In this document: positions 28,691 to 42,802 of the stretch, in pieces
Position numbering within the stretch: the stretch's first letter is position 1
Layout: each line of letters begins with the position of its first letter
Assembly (NCBI GenBank): GCA_020137815.1
Contig: CM035353.1
Location: 3,844,001 to 3,908,000, forward strand
Source: Hormiphora californensis
Lineage: Eukaryota; Animalia; Ctenophora
DNA: 64,000 nt
Direction of reading: 5' to 3'
The notes under the pieces: generated by a model
What the model saw: only the letters and a program-made list of their open reading frames with translations
Told to the model about the DNA's origin: nothing
Database searches by the model: none
Made by a program: the position numbers and the translations under genes

Positions 28691-29554
28691 CAGTCGGACC
28701 CCGATTTAGTGGCCCCCGATTTAGTGGCACCCCGATTTAGTGGCAGGATTTTTTTCCCCCAAAAATTTTTTTGATTTTTTTTTCGTGAAATTTTTTTGAA
28801 AATTTTTCAAAGGAATACCAGCCACGTCCGAATCGTGTTTCGAATCAGTGAATCTTATCGCATGTCCTGCTGCTAATTAGACGGTTCGGAACGAACCGAT
28901 ACGTGATCCCCATGGGGCCATTGAATTATAAGTTCACCAACCATTCGATGGGGATCACGTTTCGATTCGTTCCGAACCGTCTAATTAGCAGCAGGACATG
29001 CGATAAGATGCACCGATTCGAAACACGATTCGGACGTGGCTGGTATACCTTTAAAAAATTTTATAACTTTTTTTGCAAAATTTTACAGTACGATTGTCAA
29101 TGCTTTGATCGGTGCTCCCCATAAATTTTGAGAGAAAAAGTTATTTTGAAATTTTGATACTTCCTCACCCGCTTAGGGTGCCCCCGTGCCCCGATTTGGC
29201 ATGGTATCACGTTTTAGTTCGTTTCGAACCCGCTAATTAGACAGGACATCCAGGAAGCTGCACCGATTCGAAACACAAATCGGACGGGCTGGTATAACAT
29301 AGAAAATTTTTCACAATTTTTTTGAAAAATTTATTTGATAGTTTTCTATTTCTAATCAGAAATGATCATGTAATCAATACATGAATATTGCATTATATAA
29401 CAGTTAGAGGTGTCTTTAGTCTTAGTATAGCATTTTGGGCATAAAATAGGTTTTTATTGGCCAAATATATGGCTCACCCCGATTTAGTAGCACCCCGATT
29501 TAGTGGCAGGATTTCTTTCCCCCGGGAGGATGCCACTAAATCGGGGTCCGACTG
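28691..29554. mobile_element. 864-bp Tc1/mariner/pogo-type non-autonomous element with TA TSD
   Basis: TA|cagtcggaccccgatttagtggc...gccactaaatcggggtccgactg|TA; internal inverted repeat 28811-28912 vs 28946-29051. Confidence 0.88.
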
Positions 29555-30412
29555 TATATATATTACCTTTTCCACACAAGACCACATTCCTCACTACCAG
29601 GACAAGAACAAAGAGAATATTACCGCCAACATAGCTCAGTAATATCCGGTTTTTTATACGGACAAACGGCCGAACAATCCTCAGACACCTGGAATGTAGG
29701 AATACGATTTAGTCAGGGCATACATTGCTAAAAAATGCTGAAAAAGGGCACAATATTGTTATCAAGCTAATTCCTAGTAGGCTCTAGTAGGTCCCATTTA
29801 ATAAATTCGCTGTATATCGAAGTGCTCGGTAAATACAGTTTTTTATATGAAATGGCTGCAGTAATTTGAGGGTAAATTGAATTTTAACTCATTGATCACA
29901 AAAACACGGGGTTGCAATTTGGATCCAAGGTTTTTGTCTTACCGTGTAATGGAGAGGAGAGATGTTATGATATTCGAACTTATGACACACGTCAATGTAT
30001 ACACAGTGTAGGCTATCTGAATAGAAAGGAGGAATTGTCAGACCCTAAACATTGTATTGTTCATACTATGCAACAGCACAACCTAAACACAGGGGACGAC
30101 TTTAGCTATTCTCATTCCCGTTCTGCACGCGGAAAAAAGGTATTATACTGGGGTAGTTTGTTATGCGACAAAGATCAGTAGCAGTATTATACTTGTAGAT
30201 AACTATATTATAGCGCACCCACCGGACCGCGTGCACCTCATTCGTGCTAAACCACTACAGCTGACGGCTTAGAGTCAATGAGTCATGTCTATTCATCAAT
30301 ATGACGATATGCAGTGCAGCTATTTCTATAAGCCAGAAAATAAAAATCTCCATCTTTTATACATCTGTGTTGATTCACCCAAGAATAATAATTGGGAAGT
30401 ATCAGCCGCCAC

Positions 30413-30720
30413 CATGTGTCTGGTCATATAACTATTATATTAGTTATACAATATGATATTCCAATTTTATAGTCTCGAGCTATAGAACATGTGTCTGGGA
30501 TATGATCATATAACTATTATATTATAGTTATACAATATGATATTCCAATTTTATAGTCTCGAGCTATAGAACATGTGTCTGGGATATGATCATATAACTA
30601 TTATATTATAGTTATACAATATGATATTCCAATTTTATAGTCTCGAGCTATAGAACATGTGTCTGGGCCATTATCATATAACTATTATATTATAGTTATA
30701 CAATATGATATTCCAATTAG
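30413..30720. repeat. 84-bp tandem repeat, ~3.7 copies
   Basis: catgtgtctgg at 30413, 30488, 30572 and 30656. Confidence 0.92.
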
Positions 30721-30797
30721 TCTCAGCTATAGAAAATATAGTCTCAGCTATAGAAAATATATTTTATATTACCAAAAAATCGCATCTTTATAGTTAC

Positions 30798-31013
30798 CTG
30801 AAAACAGGTGGCCACACTTTTGATCGGAGGAGTGTCTTCCGACAGTAGGTGGTATGCGGCCATGTACGGCTGGATCAGATTAGCCAGGAAGTCTGCCACT
30901 GCCAAACACTATAACAGGAGGAGGGATAGTTTGTAATTTTAACTGCACACTGACATCACGATCGCACCCGTCAACGTGAACAGTGCTGCACAGCTCAGAG
31001 AATTATCCGTCAT
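30798..31013 (-). pseudogene. GPCR TM1-TM2 exon with two in-frame stops
   Basis: MTDNSLSCAALFTLTGAIVMSVCS*NYKLSLLLL*CLAVADFLANLIQPY...CFQ followed by a GT donor; may belong with 25899-26505. Confidence 0.55.
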
Positions 31014-31215
31014 GACATTTCTAGAATTCACCCGGGCAGGGAAAAATTAAAAAGGTACCACTCGAGGCATGGGTGCACTCTTACTGCCTCTCTTATATCT
31101 ATATGGCTGACAAGACCAACCAGCTGAGTTTAAATCAGCCACTTAAATTAAATCGATGCAATTTTAAAGAGCTCGCCGATAATCTAAAGGTTGCTGAACC
31201 TATAACTTTTTCAAT

Positions 31216-31320
<105 letters not shown>

Positions 31321-32758
31321 AATATCGACTTAAAGACTTTTATAGGTTCACGTCAAATGCGATACTACGCTCTATTTCTTAGGCCACGGTTATCAAATCG
31401 TCAACATCAGTTGCAGGTCACGCTCCAGAACTCAAGATATCTACCAGGGTAGGACCTTATAAACCACCCCCCCCCCCCCTGCTGATATTTCCCGCAGTCT
31501 ACTGTGGTATATCAAATGATTCCCTCCCTCTGTTGTCAGTGCCCATTCACACCTTTCATAATTCCTGGGGTCGGTTTATAACAAATAACCACGGCTAGTA
31601 AAATAAAGTGATGAAATTTGATAATCCCCTACGGGGATTATCACACGATATTCCCCTCGTCGTTTCACTCCTCGTGGATATCTATATTGATATACCAGCC
31701 TGTCAGGCTAGGGTATATCAAATTTCATCCCTCCACTAGCCGGGGTTATCTATATTATTATTATATCATAGGTTGTGATCCAGTATTGATTTTATGGGAA
31801 AATCAATATTGGACAACCTCATATTTCCCCTCGCCATGCCATTCCTGATCAGGTTGCCACTCGCTCACGCGATCTCAATACGAATTTATCCCAGCTGGAC
31901 TTTCTAGAGGAAGAAGATCTAAACCTTATAAATATAATGAGGTTGTCTCGTGAAATCTCCCCCAATCCCCCATCCCATCTTACGGTCTCGTACCTAAAAT
32001 ATTTGTTTCAAGCCATAATAAACAATTATAACTGTATAGTTACTATACCAGGAACAACTATAAACCCCACCCAATCCCCTTCCTCCCGTTTCCCGACCCC
32101 GATAATATATCTCGGTTAAAAGTTGAACGTCATGACCAACAACATCACCAATCATCAATCAAAATGCTGTAAGTTCATCGGTCCATACTGTCTACAGATT
32201 GTGTGTACAGTTTATATTTTAATTGGCCACTCAAATCACGATATACATCGGGATTCCAGACCCAAACTCAACTCTCAGAGGCAAATTACGTTACGTTGCT
32301 CCAGACCAAACCAAACTCAAGAATCTCTCAAAGGAAAAACTTTAGCTTGCTCCAGATCCATAGTTAGGAAACTCCTAAGTTTTACTTGGTTAGGCCGCGG
32401 GAGTTGGACTCCTTGGATCGCGTTTGGGGCGATAATCCTCGCAATATGCTTTGCATAGTCCGAATCCGTTGTTGGGAGACAGTACTCCTTCATCAACACA
32501 TTTATGTGACCAAAACTGTATATTAGTGATGATGAGGCATCACCCACCGATCTCCCCATTGCATCGACCCCCTAGGCCTAGGCCTCTGATTGGCTCGTGC
32601 ATCGAAAAATGACCAAAAATGAAGGTGCTTAAGCCCAAACTTCCCGATAAGATAGAAAGCTAATTCCGGTTGCGTTGGATTCGTCTCGAAAAGGTGATTC
32701 AGAAATGCTCCGTGCTCCTAGAGGGTTTCAGACCACAGTCAGACCCTAACCCCCGTAC

Positions 32759-32881
32759 CTTGAAAAGAAGTTTCCCGGTACTCTCCCTCTGGTCACTGTT
32801 ATACTTGAAAATAATGGGGTTAGCGAATGCGGACATTATCGCCAGAGTGATGGTCACTGCTGCAAACATCTTGTTCATCAC
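32759..32881 (-). pseudogene. Orphan GPCR TM1-like exon
   Basis: ttgcag|VMNKMFAAVTITLAIMSAFANPIIFKYNSDQRESTGKLLFK|gtacgg. Confidence 0.4.
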
Positions 32882-33499
32882 CTGCAAGTGAAGAGTGGAA
32901 AATTGACGGTACAGCTGTTACTTAATATAGGTTATGGTACCGCTGCTATATATATAGTCTTTCAGGGCACGTCCTGGCACCAGAAAACTCAGAACATTTA
33001 CCGCGCACCGATTGTAGAAAGTTTATCTCGTTATATCCAATTACAGAAAAGCAAATGCAAACCACTATTGCAGTTATACTGCACAGATCTTTATACTCAC
33101 ATAATCAGAAAGCATCCCCTCGTGTAGTACTTGTTCTGTACCATTGTGGAAGATTACTGTTCGACCAAAGACTGCCATATATTATATTGCCTGAAAAAGA
33201 ATTTTTTGGAATAAATGTTTCAGTATATCAACTGAGAAAACTGTATCTGCCATCCAACCTTTATGCACACTATCTTTGTCTCAATAAAAAGAAGCTGCCA
33301 TCAATGTTATATAAGAACCATTGAATTGTTCATACTTTATGAAGCGAAAGTCACAGGCAACTCAACAGAACCTGCACGTATAAAATCTGTAATTTCGGTC
33401 GATAATGTTGATATGTGTTTCCTGCAGTCTGTCGGCATGCAGTGAGCTATTACGCGAGCCCGAAGGACAGACTGCGTAGCATGGCGAGGTCGATGTGCT

Positions 33500-33616
33500 C
33501 CGTGTGGACCCGTGTGGACCCGTGTGGACCCGTGTGGACCCGTGTGGACCCGTGTGGACCCGTGTGGACCCGTGTGGACCCGTGTGGACCCGTGTGGACC
33601 CGTGTGGACCCGTGTG
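33500..33616. repeat. 10-bp minisatellite (ccgtgtggac)n, ~11.5 copies
   Basis: Direct reading. Confidence 0.97.
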
Positions 33617-35373
33617 CTGAAAGAAGCAGACAAAAGGCGTGATCTCGTGATAAACCCTAGTGGCATATTTAAGTCACACGTGACAGATAACAGCCAATCA
33701 GATTGCTACTATAAGTCATGTTAGGGCACAGGGATTAGGCAACTGCAGAAGTAAATAAATATAATTCCTTCCCTCAAAGGCATCAAAATAATTTTACAAA
33801 GTGCACTAACAAAAAACTCAAATCTTGTCTGCTCCAATTTCATCAATATATTTTATAACTAGTTATATATAGCTACTGCTGCACTGCGTGAGTTGGCAAA
33901 CTATCAGAGCATTGGCCTGCTGACAGAAACTACCTGACAACAGAGCTTAACTAAATACGTCCCTCGGACTGTGATTTGGAAACCCAGCTGCTGCAGCTTA
34001 ACGGAGCTTTTCTGATCCGATCCGAGCGAGATCGAGAGCAATGCTGCACTGGTCAAAACGGGGTATGGAGCCGCCAGGCAGCCGATTTCCATAGAATTAG
34101 ATACTGCACTTTGCGTTAGTTATATTAAAACGATATTGCGTTAGTCACGATCTAAAAACAATTTTGCTCTGCCTGGCACTGCCAGTGACAGGTTGACAGC
34201 TTTCTTCAATTGAAAGTATTATATTAGTCTCCGTCGCGTCGTAAAATAGTTCAGTCAAAATGAGGACACAGATTGTTGCAAATTTTGCCCAAGATTTAGT
34301 ACATATTTACCATTTGTATTACGACCTAATTATAAAGAAGACCTCGAGAGATGCACCCGTGAAGAAATTAGCCTCTTTTTCAGTCAAAAATGGTTGATTC
34401 CATATTTTCCCGAAACTTCGAACTTGACCAGTGTGTGTTTCGCGGTTGAGACCTCAACGCACGCGACTAGTAGGGACAATAGTGTCAGGTGATGTCAAGG
34501 ATTAAATTTTACCTATTCATGTGTTAGGGGACCCTCTGATCCCGAGTAAAATGCGGCTCAACCAAGTAGAGTTAGACCTTGCAGAACACCCAATTTTTTT
34601 CTCGTTCTTTAATATATTCGGAAGTAATATAATTATACTTAATTTGGTCTAATCGGTTAAAGCTCACGCCCCGGTTGAAAAATAAAAACTGCTTGCGACA
34701 AAATAAATCGAGTAGCCGGGCAACAGTAAATTTAAAATATTGAATACCACGTCTTTACTCTATACTTTATATGGTGCAATGAGACGGAGTCGCGATGTAA
34801 GGGGTATATATTAATGGGCCCATTTAAGACAACTTCGAGATGCTGAAATTGCAGTTCAGGTCTATACAGTGCACACGATGCTTTCTTTGCTGATCTTGTT
34901 TGTCATGCAGGGTGATCTGGTGCGATCAAAGCCTCGCCCCACCCGTGGTATATGAAGTTTGTTAAGACGTTTCACGAGTATCTATAATTGGATACCCATT
35001 TGTATCCATAGATATCCAAGAAACGTATTTATGAATTATCCATGAATATCCATGAACATAAATGGATATTCAAGAATGTTCATGAATGCAGGTCATATAA
35101 TGTGTGACGTCGAAAATTGGATATCCATGAATCAATAGAAATGGATAGAGATCGATAGTGATTTCTATCCATGGATATCCAATATCCATTTTTTGAGTGC
35201 GTTAAGCTTCTTCATCGAAATTAATAAAGTAAAAAAATGGATATATGTATACATACATATATCCATTTTTTTATATATACATGTATATGTATATAATCAT
35301 ATATATGTATATAATTATATATATATATATATATACAGTCGGACCACGATTTAGGGGCCCCCGATTATACATA

Positions 35374-35801
35374 TCTTACTATATAATGCAAAAACACCCG
35401 AAACTTGATCCCTCCCATGCATGTTTGGTGGTCCCTAAATCGTCGTCATCAAGATCAGATCACGTAACAAGTAGCATGCTAGGAGCACCCAACATGCATG
35501 ATCAGATCACCCTACTGAGGATCAGATCACCCCACCCATGATCAGATCACCCCAGTGACTATCAGATCATCCCAGTGAGTATCAGATCCCACATTTCACC
35601 CAGTAGTCCACTGTGCGTGATGGTAAAATAGACAAATGACGTGACGACAGAGAAATTGAGATAAAAATGAAGAGAGAGAGAGAGAGAGAGGGGGGGGACA
35701 GAGAGGGGGGACAGAGAGGTAGGACTAAGAGGAAACTGAGAAGTGAGAGACATGAAAACCGATCAGTTTATGCCATCCGTAGGATGGCCTGGGTCCACTA
35801 G
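35374..35801 (+). mobile_element. 428-bp non-autonomous Helitron
   Basis: A|TCttactatataa 5' end; 3' hairpin gccatcc-gta-ggatggc followed by CTAG|T; internal gatcagatcac repeats. Confidence 0.8.
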
Positions 35802-35832
<31 letters not shown>

Positions 35833-36198
35833 ATATATATTTAAACATACACCCATGGTTATGATTTGATGTAATTAACTGCATTTCAGAGTGTCACTTG
35901 GTGGTGAAGAATCAGTTTTTGGTTTGGCAGTGTAACCGCAGGGCATTGTTCCGGTGTGTCCAGAATGAAGATGAATACTTCTCTGTCGACGGTATATTAT
36001 CATGTATATATGTATATGCAAATATCCAAACCTACCGTAATATGTACCAAGTTTTAGAGGGGTATATCGCCTAACTGGCAGTTTTTACAAAATCAAAATC
36101 GGCCTACCCAAACAGAAATTACAGCAATTTTAAAGCGAAAATTCGGAACAGAACGAGCAGGCCTCCGCTGGAGAAAAAAGTCACGTGACACACGTTTA

Positions 36199-37170
36199 CG
36201 GTGGCAGATTCCGGCCAAGAGTTTTTTCAATCAAGTGAAATATTTTTGTTTGAATTTTTATAAAAATTTTATTTCAAAATAAAAATAAACATGTCGTTAA
36301 AATCATTGGCCGGAATCTGCCACGCGAGTGGCAGATGTTGGCCAAGATTCTTAAAAAAACCTTGGCCAGAATCTGCCACACACGTGGCAGATTCCGGCCA
36401 ACAAATTTAAACTTACTTATATAAAGGCGAAAACCGCTGTACCCGACTAATTTTGATACGCTGAATCACGTAAGCAACTTTTCCAACCCCTCAGAGGTCG
36501 GGAAAGTGTCCTAATTGAGCATAATAGGGTCTAATTGACCCAACTTACAACTTTTCACCTGGAAACGATAGACGCTTATGTGAAGGCACTTTTCCGGCTA
36601 ATTTTGATACCCTGAATCACGTAAGCAACTTTTCCAAACCCTCCGAGGTCGGGAAAGTGTCCTAATTGAGCAATTAAGGCCAATTAGACCCAATTATACT
36701 CAATTAGGGCAAGTTCCCGACCTCGGAGGGTTTGGAAAAGTTGCTTACGTGATTCAGGGTATCAAAATTAGCTGGAAAAGTGCCTTCACATAAGCGTCTA
36801 TCGTTTCCAGGTGAAAAGTTGTAAGTTGGGTCAATTAGACCCTATTATGCTCAATTAGGACACTTTCCCGACCTCTGAGGGGTTGGAAAAGTTGCTTACG
36901 TGATTCAGCGTATCAAAATTAGTCGGGTACAGCGGTTTTCGCCTTTATATAAGTAAGTTTAAATTTGTTGGCCGGAATCTGCCACGTGTGTGGCAGATTC
37001 TGGCCAAGGTTTTTTTAAGAATCTTGGCCAACATCTGCCACTCGCGTGGCAGATTCCGGCCAATGATTTTAACGACATGTTTATTTTTATTTTGAAATAA
37101 AATTTTTATAAAACTTCAAACAAAAATATTTCACTTGATTGAAAAAACTCTTGGCCGGAATCTGCCACCG
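36199..37170. mobile_element. 972-bp fold-back element with TA TSD (Tc1/mariner-like)
   Basis: TA|cggtggcagattccggccaag...cttggccggaatctgccaccg|TA; ~465-bp near-perfect arms, ~40-bp centre, internal subrepeats. Confidence 0.9.
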
Positions 37171-37850
37171 TACACGTTATTCTAAGGACCGATTTGCCCC
37201 ATACATGTGCCACTTTGCCCCGTGGACCAAAGTTTACCCTAACGTTAACGTTTTTATTCCGTACATCCCGGTTATAGCTAGTTTTAACGTTTTCGTGATG
37301 GGAAGGTGCTCCAATGACTACTACTTTTATCAACTGTGTGGTCAATTCCCTGACAACATAGCTATACCTTCTTCCACATCCATAAGTGAAACGCCCCAGC
37401 CGCTTTGTGGAATCGGTTTACACTCGTATGCGACAAATCCAGGGGTAAATAATTTGCTTTTTAATCGTTCGTTCGCCGATGAGTTAAACTTACTTCTGAT
37501 AGGGTCAACTTAAAATTAAATTTTAAATAAAAATCAATCCCTACAGCTGGCTGGCGCGGCTGTGCCCCAATCTATGGCCATGCAATCCGATGATGCATGC
37601 GTTCAAGTGAAAGGAGTAGGACAGGGCTGGAATAATACTGTACTGGAGAATACTGTACTGGATGAGTACTGTAAAAGTGTGGAGTTTTTAATGTCGAACA
37701 AGACCCAAAACTTTTTAGTTAAACACCAGATCTGTGACACCCTGGTACAAGTAATGGAAAATGCAGACCATGATGTTGAGAATGAGGCTAGATGTAATGG
37801 GATAACGTGAGTGATCGGTAGCTGCAATATGTATTATGTTTTAGGAAGTC

Positions 37851-38681
37851 TATTAATATGACGTGATCAACTGCTATAGCCCAACTGTTCATTCTGAGAA
37901 TTCTGATACAAAGATATTATTTGCCGTACTGCTATATGAGGTAACTCCAACCCCCCAGTTTCATCTCCTTGTTTAACATGGGAGTTACCAAGGGAATCCA
38001 CTGAGTTCGATTAATCTAGGCACATACCCACAGTACTATTCGAATTGGCATATCTTTATATCAGGAATCTCGGATAGCAACAATCCTTGTGTTTTATTGC
38101 TATCTGAACAGATTAGGCGTATAGACAGGGCTCTTATTATCAGCAGTACTCACGTATCAATGGTAATGTATTAATTGCACTGAACTGCTGTAGACATCAC
38201 CCACTCACTTCATACACACACAACAAGAGCCCTGTCTATACGCCTAATCTGTTCAGATAGCAATAAAACACAAGGATTGTTGCTATCCGAGATTCCTGAT
38301 ATAAAGATATGCCAATTCGAATAGTACTGTGGGTATGTGCCTAGATTAATCGAACTCAGTGGATTCCCTTGGTAACTCCCATGTTAAACAAGGAGATGAA
38401 ACTGGGGGGTTGGAGTTACCTCATATAGCAGTACGGCAAATAATATCTTTGTATCAGAATTCTCAGAATGAACAGTTGGGCTATAGCAGTTGATCACGTC
38501 ATATTAATTGTTATCATGATCCTCGGATCACTGCACGATACTAGTGACGGCTCTCTCGTGCTGTAATACAGCCGGTGATCAATAACCTGTCGTACAGGCT
38601 TGATCATGTGTGTGGGTGTTGTGTGTGTATGAAGTGAGTGGGTGATGTCTACAGCAGTTCAGTGCAATTAATACATTACCA
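37851..38681. mobile_element. Doubly inverted insertion with 12-bp TSD, probably Penelope-like
   Basis: TSD ttttaggaagtc (37839-37850, 38682-38693); 284-bp inverted pair 37852-38135/38225-38508; 66-bp inverted pair 38159-38224/38618-38683; degenerate GIY-YIG-like tail. Confidence 0.65.
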
Positions 38682-41499
38682 TTTTAGGAAGTCGTTTTAG
38701 TATCTGATTTTGTTGCTCAGATCTCATATTATACTGAATAACCAATTAGGTTTTTTGTAGGATAAATATATGTATTACATATCAAATATTATATCGATGC
38801 TAAGGACGTGCTTGCTTCAGATACGGGTTATATTGCAAGTACTCCAAATGGGTATGGATGTACGTAAAGCCGTATCAGATATGTAACGGTTGGAAGGATT
38901 GCGAAAGGGGTGAAGATGAAAAAAACTGTCGGATAACTAACGAGACTGCCGCGGTTTGCGAAAGGCACGATAATAAAAAAAACCTGATGTCCCTCTCTAG
39001 ACCTGTTCGATGTGCTGCCCTTCGTATCGCTTGTTAGACTTTCAGCTTATTAAAAACAGGATGAGGAATTACTGCAGTAATTTCACACGATCAACACATG
39101 CAAGGACCAACAGACAGGCGAGTCGTAACGTGTAACGTGAACGGTTTACAATATAATGTAATGATAACGTGAGTGTAGTAGCTGCAATATTTTATGTTTT
39201 TGAAGTAAGTTTTTATATGATTTTGTTGCTAGATACTCATATATGAATAACAAATTAGGTTTTTTGTAGGATAAATATATGTATTACATATCAATATTAT
39301 ATCGATGCTAAGGACTGCTTGCTTTCAGTACGGGTATATTAGTACTCAAATGGGAGATGTACGTAAGCCGTATCAGATATGTAACGGTTGGAAGGATTGC
39401 GAAAGGGGCGAAGATGAAAAAAACTGTCGGATAACTAACGAGACTGCCGCGGTTTGCGAAAGTGCATCGATAAAAAACAGGATGATTCCTATACTAGACA
39501 TTGTTCGATGTGTCCCTTCGTATCGCTTGTTACTTTCACTTAAACCATGACTTGAGAATTACTGCAGTAACTTTCACGATCAAACCAACTGCACGGACCC
39601 AACAAGACAGGCAGTAACTGTAACGTGAACGGTTACCTTCAACCATATCCTATTCGTGGTGTGCTCCCAAGAAGTCGGCCAAGTTTTGTCGTTGTGTGAC
39701 GATGGTGTCGATTCGGAGTGTGTCTCCCCAACCGTTCAATGTTACATTCACAGCACCAGCTTTGTGACGGGGTCATTGACTGTACTGACGGGCAAGGATC
39801 CGATGAGTCAGACTCCATCTGCTCTCTCATGACTTCTGATACCTGCTGGAGACGGTACATCCACCTGAGCCACTGCAAATTCCAGTAGCTGGATAGGAGA
39901 CAATGTGAGGGACTGCATTCTGGAATTGATGAACAGACGGACCTGTGGCCCTTGTGCGGAACGGGTAACTACAAATACTTTGCAGCAAACATAGCGATTG
40001 TGATAGGGTCTACAAATGTAACAATGGAAGGATTTTCTGCAGTTATCCATGATGTGTGATGATTTGTTTATCCCCTGCATGTGGAGGAAAGTGCCCTTTG
40101 TGAGGCTACATCCGGTCGTGACTCAGTGTCGGAGGTAATACCAAGTTCAATTGCAATAGTGCATGAGGGGTCTTCTTCAACGGTGAATAAAGTGGTAATG
40201 TATTGCCTGAAAGGACTCCACTTACTTACAGTACAGGCTGCTCCGAGATCGAGTTCTCCCTGCCCATCAGTAACAAGACCCTGGGGTACAACAAGAGCAC
40301 GTCACTGAGTGTTCCCAAGCACAAGGTGTCATTTTCCTTCCTTTTTGGGGAGTACTACGTTTCCTGAGCTGTCTGGGTTGTGCGAGGGGACAGTACCTGT
40401 GCCATAACCAAGAGGATCAACACGATAGTTGTGGTGGGCGTATCGGAATCGTGTTTTTCACCCTAGCAGACAACTCCTACCTGACCTTCCTGGTGCCCTA
40501 CCGGGGAACCCTCAGCAACGATCTGTTCCTGTGCGACAATGGCCGGTGTATTGACTACCAGAGAGTCTGTAATCTAGCAAATGATTGTGGTGATGGGAGC
40601 GACGAGAGGAGGTGTAGTAATAATTTCCACTGCAAAGACAAGAGCAGATTACTCTCATTGGATCAGATCTGCAACGGGGTAGTCGACTGTAAAGATGGGT
40701 CCGATGAGTGCAACGACCAGTGCAGAGAGACACTAGCCAAGTCGGATGCACTTCGAGTATGTGCCTGGGCACTGGGAATAGCAGCTACGCTACTGAATCT
40801 CTGGGCTATCGAGAAACTTGTTTACAAGGCGTTTGTAAAAACATCGAAAACTCTGTCCGCCTTCCTGAACCAAGGGCTGTTACTAATAATCGCTCTGAGT
40901 GACCTCATGATTGGATTTTACCTCATTGCCCTTGGGGTCCTGGACGTGCTCCACAAGGAAACCTATTGCAAGGTGAAAGATACCTGGCTGAGTAGTAAAT
41001 GGTGTGGAATCTTGGGAGTGGGAAGTACGATCGCTTCCCAGTCCTCCCTCTTCGCAATGACAGTCATCAGCATTGTCCGTGCTAATTCCATAGTCCGAGG
41101 ACTCAGAATTGAACCTCAACTTACCCTAAAACTCCGGGTAAGAGGTTTGGTCGTGGTGTCTGCCATCTACTTTCTAGGTACAGGAATTTCCGTCCTACCT
41201 ATGATTCTTACCTAAGAATTCTTCGTCAATGGCTTACCATGGAACGCTCACTGAATCTCTTCCTTGGCTCACAAGTAAAGAAACCAGCTTGTTACTCTTC
41301 GGGCGTACTACGGTCGACTTCAGGTCACCCTATCCTGGAGGGAAGTTCGAGAGCTAATCCGAGCGATGTTTACCGAAGGAGAGGAGATCTCAATAAGAAA
41401 TAGGCACTTTTATGGAAATGATGGAGTATGCCTGTTCAAGTTCATGGTCAATGCAAATGACCCACAAAAAGGGTATGTCGGCTTCGTTCTGGGACTTAA

Positions 41500-42802
41500 G
41501 GGTACACCTGGCGTTTTTCATCATCGAGTGCCCAACCAAATGACTTCACCAGGGTTTAGGTCATACAAAATGGACCTCAAATATGCAATTTTAGCCCTAA
41601 AGTCGAATTCATATTTTTGCTACAGCCTATTTTCAAAGTGGCGTTTTTTCAATTTTTGTTGGAATTTTTAACCTCAGGACCACTTTTTTTGAGATAGAAA
41701 CATTAAATTCTTGGAATTTGAAGAGAATATAAAGGTGAATAAGCCCAAAGAAGGATTTTTGAAATGGAGCTTATTTCTGGCCATGAGAACGGTTTACTTT
41801 TTTGCTTCTTTGACACGCTGGCTGAGAATGTTCCCATGCTTCATTAGAGATGAAAATCGGGAAATAGTTGCTCAAAACGATTATCTATGTGGCCCAAAAA
41901 TTTTGGAACTTTCCCGCCAAAGATGTGGTGTACAGAGCTTGTTTTGTGAAACCCGTCTTTTTGAAAAAGAGGGAAATTCCCTGTATCTCAAAAACGGATG
42001 ATCGTAGAGACCTGCGACCAAGCTTAATCGATTCAGAAGGTCCGATTTTGGGGGGGTCTTCTGAGAGACATTTTGCTCCTACTCCAACCGTTTTTGCTGT
42101 AATTGCAAAAAACCAATTCTATGAAAAGGGGGAACAACTCTATTCCAGTAGCCTGCTACGGGCTGATTTCCCCCTTACTTGCTGATACCTTTTTCGCAAT
42201 TACAGCAAAAACGGTTGGAGTAGGAGCAAAATGTCTCTCAGAAGACCCCCCCAAAATCGGACCTTCTGAATCGATTAAGCTTGGTCGCAGGTCTCTACGA
42301 TCATCCGTTTTTGAGATACAGGGAATTTCCCTCTTTTTCAAAAAGACGGGTTTCACAAAACAAGCTCTGTACACCACATCTTTGGCGGGAAAGTTCCAAA
42401 ATTTTTGGGCCACATAGATAATCGTTTTGAGCAACTATTTCCCGATTTTCATCTCTAATGAAGCATGGGAACATTCTCAGCCAGCGTGTCAAAGAAGCAA
42501 AAAAGTAAACCGTTCTCATGGCCAGAAATAAGCTCCATTTCAAAAATCCTTCTTTGGGCTTATTCACCTTTATATTCTCTTCAAATTCCAAGAATTTAAT
42601 GTTTCTATCTCAAAAAAAGTGGTCCTGAGGTTAAAAATTCCAACAAAAATTGAAAAAACGCCACTTTGAAAATAGGCTGTAGCAAAAATATGAATTCGAC
42701 TTTAGGGCTAAAATTGCATATTTGAGGTCCATTTTGTATGACCTAAACCCTGGTGAAGTCATTTGGTTGGGCACTCGATGATGAAAAACGCCAGGTGTAC
42801 CC
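41500..42802. mobile_element. 1.30-kb fold-back Kolobok-like transposon, copy 2, inside a GPCR coding exon
   Basis: TTAA at 41496-41499 and 42803-42806; near-identical to 11850-13139; removal restores ...FVLGL-NVTCFAIISVAY. Confidence 0.93.
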
